40,838 nucleotides of DNA from Flavobacteriales bacterium. Lineage in GTDB: Bacteria > Bacteroidota > Bacteroidia > Flavobacteriales_G > NORP312. The translations under genes and the position numbers were made by a program. Numbering within the stretch: position 1 is the first letter of the stretch; the number at the start of each line of letters is the position of its first letter. Of this stretch, positions 36,244 through 40,838 are shown piece after piece. The DNA lies in assembly GCA_016763645.1 (NCBI GenBank), contig JAESTK010000092.1, positions 1 to 40,838 on the forward strand. The letters run 5' to 3'. The notes beneath the pieces are model-generated. The model saw only the letters and a program-made list of their open reading frames with translations. It did no database searches and had not been told where the DNA came from.

Positions 36244-38019
36244 ATGAAATTTAAGTTTTCAATAGGAAAAAAAATAGGTCTAGGTTTTGGTCTGCTTTTG
36301 TTTTGTACGATTACAATTTTCTTATACACTAAAATTATATTAGACTCCAGTAAAACAATTAACAAACACAATACAGAAACATTATCGCCTTCTGTTGATG
36401 AGCTTCAAGAGTTGAAGATTCAAATTCTTGAATCTCAAATGCTCATTACAAATTGGGCGAATGTTCAAACGGCAGATGAGCACCCAGAAAAAGAAAAGCT
36501 TCGGAAACTTCTTCGAGAGCGATACCCGATTTTAAAAGGTGACATTGAAAAGTTGGCAAAAGACTGGTCTGCTGATGAAGTTGTATTAGCAAACGATACG
36601 TTGTTTCCTGAAATTACGGAGTTGTTTTCATATTACGACCAGGTAATGTCACAATTAGCGACATTTGAGGACTATGATGAACCGTCTATTCAGTTTGTAA
36701 TTAACTTTATGATTGGCGAAGGAGGCGATATTCCTTTCCAAGCGAGTCGAGTTATTTCTCATTTAAATACGTTGATATTAAGTCAAAGACAAAAGTCGAA
36801 AGCAGGTAATGACGATATGCTAGAAAGCTTTGATTTGCTCGACTTTTTGGTCAAGAATGTAGGAGTTGCACTTTTCTTAGGAGGAATAATTATTGCTTTT
36901 CTGACAATAAGGACGATTGTTAAGCCTGTTCAAAAATTTAAAAAGTTGATACTACTACTAGGAAAGGGAATAATTCCGGAAGAAAAAATGAAACCCAGAA
37001 GTGATGAGATAGGAGAAATGGCGGTAGCATTTAATGATTTGGTAACAGGGTTTAAAAGAACAACAGAGTTCGCAAATGAAATAGGGTCAGGAAATTTTGA
37101 AACAGAGTACCAGCCACTTAGTGAAAGCGATGAATTAGGCCACTCTCTGTTAACGATGCGGAAAGATTTGTTCGGCTTAACAAGTAACCTTGAACAAAAA
37201 GTGAAGGAGCGTACAGAAGAGGTTATGCGTCAAAAGAAAGAAATTGAGGAGCTTTTAACAGAGGTTACCGATAGTATTAAATATGCTAAGCGAATTCAAA
37301 ATGCTATTCTTCCTCCGAAAGGATATATAAACAAAGTGCTTCCTAATTCTTTTATCTTATTTAAGCCGAAAGATATCGTGTCAGGAGATTTTTATTGGGT
37401 AGAAGATAAACAAGGAAAAACTGCCGTTGCAGCGGTTGATTGTACCGGGCATGGAGTTCCTGGCGCTTTGATGACCGTTGTTGGCTATAACAAGCTGCAC
37501 GAGGCAATGAGCGAGGCGAAAGAATATACTGCCGCTGCCATTCTTGACGGCCTTAACAAAGGAGTAATAAACACGTTTAGTCAGGGAAATGAAGAAACAG
37601 ACGTAAAAGACGGAATGGATGCCGCAATGTGCGTTGTTGACTATAAAACTCGAACAATTCAGTTTGCAGGAGCATACAACCCTCTTTATATTATTAAATC
37701 TGGGGCAGAAGAAATCGAACAAATTAAGGGGGATAAATTTCCTATTGGACCTTTTATTGGGGGAATTCAATCGTTTCAAAATCATACGATTCAATTAGAA
37801 TCGGGCGATACAGTTTACATTTTTTCTGATGGTTACGCTGATCAATTTGGAGGGGAAAAAGGCAAGAAATTCCGCTATAAGAACTTTAGAGAATTGCTTT
37901 TAGGTATGCAAGACAAAGAAATGCATGAGCAAAGAGACCTTCTAGACAGCACCATAGAATCTTGGAGAGGCCGCTTAGAGCAAGTTGACGATATTCTTGT
38001 TATAGGGATTAGGGTATAA
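36244..38019 (+). CDS. Membrane sensor with HAMP and SpoIIE/PP2C Ser phosphatase domains (RsbU-like)
   Basis: Two TM helices around a helical periplasmic domain; DEIGEMA HAMP; VSGDFY, DCTGHGVPGA, SDGYADQFGG, DDI. Confidence 0.92.
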   Translation: MKFKFSIGKKIGLGFGLLLFCTITIFLYTKIILDSSKTINKHNTETLSPSVDELQELKIQILESQMLITNWANVQTADEHPEKEKLRKLLRERYPILKGDIEKLAKDWSADEVVLANDTLFPEITELFSYYDQVMSQLATFEDYDEPSIQFVINFMIGEGGDIPFQASRVISHLNTLILSQRQKSKAGNDDMLESFDLLDFLVKNVGVALFLGGIIIAFLTIRTIVKPVQKFKKLILLLGKGIIPEEKMKPRSDEIGEMAVAFNDLVTGFKRTTEFANEIGSGNFETEYQPLSESDELGHSLLTMRKDLFGLTSNLEQKVKERTEEVMRQKKEIEELLTEVTDSIKYAKRIQNAILPPKGYINKVLPNSFILFKPKDIVSGDFYWVEDKQGKTAVAAVDCTGHGVPGALMTVVGYNKLHEAMSEAKEYTAAAILDGLNKGVINTFSQGNEETDVKDGMDAAMCVVDYKTRTIQFAGAYNPLYIIKSGAEEIEQIKGDKFPIGPFIGGIQSFQNHTIQLESGDTVYIFSDGYADQFGGEKGKKFRYKNFRELLLGMQDKEMHEQRDLLDSTIESWRGRLEQVDDILVIGIRV

Positions 38020-38044
38020 ACCCAGTAGCTTTACAAAACTACAG

Positions 38045-39820
38045 ATGGACATTTTTAAAAGCATATTTCAAAATATTGCGGTTTCTTTTTGTCTTTTCAC
38101 AATTGCGCTATTAGTTTGGAGTCTTGATAAAGGCTTTGACTTAAGTGATGAGGGCTACTACTTGATGTGTTTAAAATTTCCTTCAGAATACTTCGCTGCG
38201 AATCAGTGGGGGAACAGCATTTTAGGCTCAGTTTTCGGCTGGTTAAATCCAGGAATTATTTTTTATCGAGTTGTTCGGTTAATTTCTACAGTTCTTTCTT
38301 CTGTGTATTTAGCCCATCATTTATCGAAACTTATAAAAGCCCAGATTACAAATCGAGAATCAGGAATAAGCATCATTATTGTTTTTGCAGTGGTATTTTC
38401 CGGAGCAGTATTAAGTTATTCAATATACCCTACAACAATTTCGTACAATAGTATAACAGTTATTTTATTACAATTAATTGTGGGACAAATAATCTGTATC
38501 ATCAACACAAGTACGCCAAAGAGAGCAGCCATTAACGCTTCTTTTTTTGGTTTAGGAGTGTTATTAATGATGTTGTTTGTCGCAAAAATAAGTACTGGAA
38601 TTTTTATGTCATTTCTTATTTTGGTAACCATAAACTTTAGAAGTGTATTGTTAAAACCTTCTTATAGGGTCTTCTTAACAGAAATTAGTTTTATGCTGAT
38701 CGGAGCAGTTATATTTTCGATCATCCTTTCCTTTATTGATCGGCCCATTTTTTCGAGATTTGAACTTATTTTAGAAGAGTTGAAGTTGAGGACAGGCGAA
38801 AAAATGGCGGGCTATATTTCTGGTTATTATGTTTCGCTGTCAGACTCATTAGCAAGAATTCGCATGAAGGCCTTTTGGGTTCCGTTACTCTTATTTTGTG
38901 TGGGCTTGCTAAGTAAAAAGAACAATAGTAGGTCACAGTTAATTTTACAAACAAGCATCATTCTTACATCGCTGGGTTACATTATATACCTAGCAATAAA
39001 GGAAGACTATTTCAGTAATATGTACACAATGCTGAACCCATACATAATGATATTATTGGCGGCCATTGGACTTGTTGCAGGAGCCATTGTGGCAAACTTC
39101 CCTAAAAACCTCGAAGAAGTCAATAAAAAGAAAATAGCAAGATTAATATTCGGTTTAGGAATTTTATTTATTATCCCCATTATTGGAACAATTGGAACGA
39201 ACAACCCACTGACTATTCAAGCAATTTTGTTTTTGTTTTCTTGGAGTTCACTTGTTCTTTTGCTTTTGCTAATTTTCACTGAGCTTACGGGAAACCGAAT
39301 AGGGTTATACATAATGCTGATGTCGGTTTTTGTTATTGCAACTCTTCAACTTTATATTGGAATGGTTGAGCATCCATATAGAATATCACAGCCTTTAGAT
39401 AAATTATCAAAAAAATTACCTAGACAAAATGTTTACGTTGATGATAAGACATACAATTGCGTAAATGAAATCACGAACCTTTTAAAACAAAAGATAGTAT
39501 TAGAAGACAACCACCCAATGCTTGATATAAATACTCTACCGGGGCTAGTTTATATTTTAAACGGAAAGAGCCCAGGGGTTATATGGAGTCGTAAGAGTAT
39601 AAATTCGTGGAGGAGCCAAAGACTTGCGCAAACCCCAATGCTGGGACTTGAAAAATTAATTTTGTTTGTTCCCAAAAGCGGAATAAGTAAAAACTATGTT
39701 TCGATACTAAACGAAAAAGGGGTTTTGTACCCACAGAACTACTCATCGATTGGAGAAGTGAAACACCCCCTATACAATTACAAACTGTCGATTATGGTGC
39801 CAAATTCGCTTTTGCGTTAG
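38045..39820 (+). CDS. Polytopic membrane protein, GT-C glycosyltransferase-like
   Basis: >10 TM segments; acidic DKGFDLSDEGYY loop after TM1; soluble C-terminal domain. Confidence 0.6.
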   Translation: MDIFKSIFQNIAVSFCLFTIALLVWSLDKGFDLSDEGYYLMCLKFPSEYFAANQWGNSILGSVFGWLNPGIIFYRVVRLISTVLSSVYLAHHLSKLIKAQITNRESGISIIIVFAVVFSGAVLSYSIYPTTISYNSITVILLQLIVGQIICIINTSTPKRAAINASFFGLGVLLMMLFVAKISTGIFMSFLILVTINFRSVLLKPSYRVFLTEISFMLIGAVIFSIILSFIDRPIFSRFELILEELKLRTGEKMAGYISGYYVSLSDSLARIRMKAFWVPLLLFCVGLLSKKNNSRSQLILQTSIILTSLGYIIYLAIKEDYFSNMYTMLNPYIMILLAAIGLVAGAIVANFPKNLEEVNKKKIARLIFGLGILFIIPIIGTIGTNNPLTIQAILFLFSWSSLVLLLLLIFTELTGNRIGLYIMLMSVFVIATLQLYIGMVEHPYRISQPLDKLSKKLPRQNVYVDDKTYNCVNEITNLLKQKIVLEDNHPMLDINTLPGLVYILNGKSPGVIWSRKSINSWRSQRLAQTPMLGLEKLILFVPKSGISKNYVSILNEKGVLYPQNYSSIGEVKHPLYNYKLSIMVPNSLLR

Positions 39821-40700
39821 TCTTTAGCTTTAACAGTAATGAGGTAAGAAAAAATAACACCTCACCAACTAAAAACCAGAGTCTTGTTGTAATAGTTAGG
39901 CTTATTATTTCGCTACTGTTCCAGCTTAAGGACGAGAGAAAATAACTTAAGAAGCCCTCCCTAATGCCAATTCCTCCAGGCGAAAATAAAGCTAACACCC
40001 CGGCTACCATAGATGACGGGTAAAACAAAGAGTCATTTATTAACAAAGAACACCCCTTTAAGCTATTCGCGAGTAGCCAGAACCCAAAAGCGTAGCTAAA
40101 CCAAAACAAGAAGAAGGAATAACTGATAGGTAAAAACTCGGAGAAACGAATCGTAGGAATTGTAACAGTTTTTTTGAACCACCTTTTGAAGATGAAAACC
40201 AGAAAAACGGAAAAAACAGGTGAAAAACACACTAAAAATAAGGAAACAAAGCACGCTAAAAATAAGAGAATAAACCAACTGTTTAATTGCCAAAACTGGA
40301 CACAAACAAGACCGATGACACACCCTGTAAGTAAATTTAACAATTGTGAATATAGACTTATCACCCCAACATCTTTAACAGAAAACCCTTGAGTTTTATT
40401 CAAATAGACCGACCGACTGACTACAATCATTATTTTGCCAGGAATATATTTTGTAAAAACAGACAGCCCAGAAGCTATAATAGCCTCTCTATATGAGAGC
40501 TGAAACCCTTTAATGCGCAATAAGCTCTTCCAAGCAAAAGCCTCGAGGAGAAAGCCACCTAACAAAAAAACAAAGGAAACAAATGGAAGCCAATAGGAGG
40601 TTATTTTTGGTATTCGAAAATAATCCCCATTGTATAGAGCAATAAACAGAAAAATAAAGGAGGCGTATAGCAGAATATTGAACCAATGCTTTTTTTTCAC
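39792..40700 (-). CDS. Lysylphosphatidylglycerol synthase TM / UPF0104 flippase-like protein
   Basis: KYIPGK, PGGIGIREG, RLW motifs. Confidence 0.85.
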   Translation of the reverse strand: MKKKHWFNILLYASFIFLFIALYNGDYFRIPKITSYWLPFVSFVFLLGGFLLEAFAWKSLLRIKGFQLSYREAIIASGLSVFTKYIPGKIMIVVSRSVYLNKTQGFSVKDVGVISLYSQLLNLLTGCVIGLVCVQFWQLNSWFILLFLACFVSLFLVCFSPVFSVFLVFIFKRWFKKTVTIPTIRFSEFLPISYSFFLFWFSYAFGFWLLANSLKGCSLLINDSLFYPSSMVAGVLALFSPGGIGIREGFLSYFLSSLSWNSSEIISLTITTRLWFLVGEVLFFLTSLLLKLKTNAKANLAP

Positions 40701-40741
40701 ATCATCAGAGTTATTGTGCTTTTTTCATTTTACCTTAAGAA

Positions 40742-40838
40742 ACCACCTGCTTTGCAGGTGGTAATGTAATTGAGGCTATGCCTATATTTGTGAAGTATGA
40801 GCAAATATAAAAAACAATCGCATGTGATATATAAATGC
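40742..40838 (+). mobile_element. Left end of an IS200/IS605-family element (continues beyond the window)
   Basis: Hairpin ACCACCTGC-TTT-GCAGGTGGT (40742-40762), -7 element TATATTTG (40783-40790), then a tnpA-like start. Confidence 0.72.
40797..40838 (+). CDS. tnpA: IS200/IS605 Y1 transposase TnpA, first 14 codons (partial)
   Basis: MSKYKKQSHVIYKC resembles the TnpA N-terminus that precedes YHIVW.PKYR; too short for the ORF track. Confidence 0.7.
   Translation, partial: MSKYKKQSHVIYKC

Overview
AT-rich Bacteroidota DNA, probably Flavobacteriales-like: it has TAnnTTTG -7 promoters, a T9SS porZ gene, and DUF2490 and DUF4175 genes. It is probably origin-proximal, because three parS sites surround mnmG and the dominant gene orientation flips near 22.3 kb. 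The housekeeping backbone is gltX, an SSS/DUF4212 transporter pair, a YheT-like hydrolase, a DEAD-box helicase, DUF4175, an RsbW-like kinase, ybeY, mnmG, a methyltransferase, tRNA-Arg(UCG), porZ and recO. Main highlight: a ~12 kb block (1908-14037) is bracketed by a direct repeat of the gltX promoter and first 7 codons. It encodes an apparent envelope-stress/polyamine system: XRE regulator with four palindromic operators, CesT-like chaperone, PspA, SpeD, K+ channel, DUF4178-like protein, low-complexity lipoprotein, DUF350, TWO membrane-anchored aminopropyltransferases, a His-motif membrane enzyme, a Tat-lipoprotein flavoenzyme and a rhomboid protease. Other highlights: (i) a DUF2490 gene whose N-terminus and upstream DNA are a copy of the neighbouring DUF4212 gene start; (ii) a secreted Lys-rich D[SA]F-repeat protein split by a -1 frameshift at A_AAA_AAA followed by a stem-loop, upstream of a YfiR-TPR-HAMP/PP2C module; (iii) a REP-like palindrome translated as the DEAD helicase C-terminus; (iv) a 32-bp tandem repeat; (v) an IS1595 remnant at the left edge and the start of an IS200/IS605 tnpA at the right edge. 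Family calls come from motif recognition by eye; no database searches were run.
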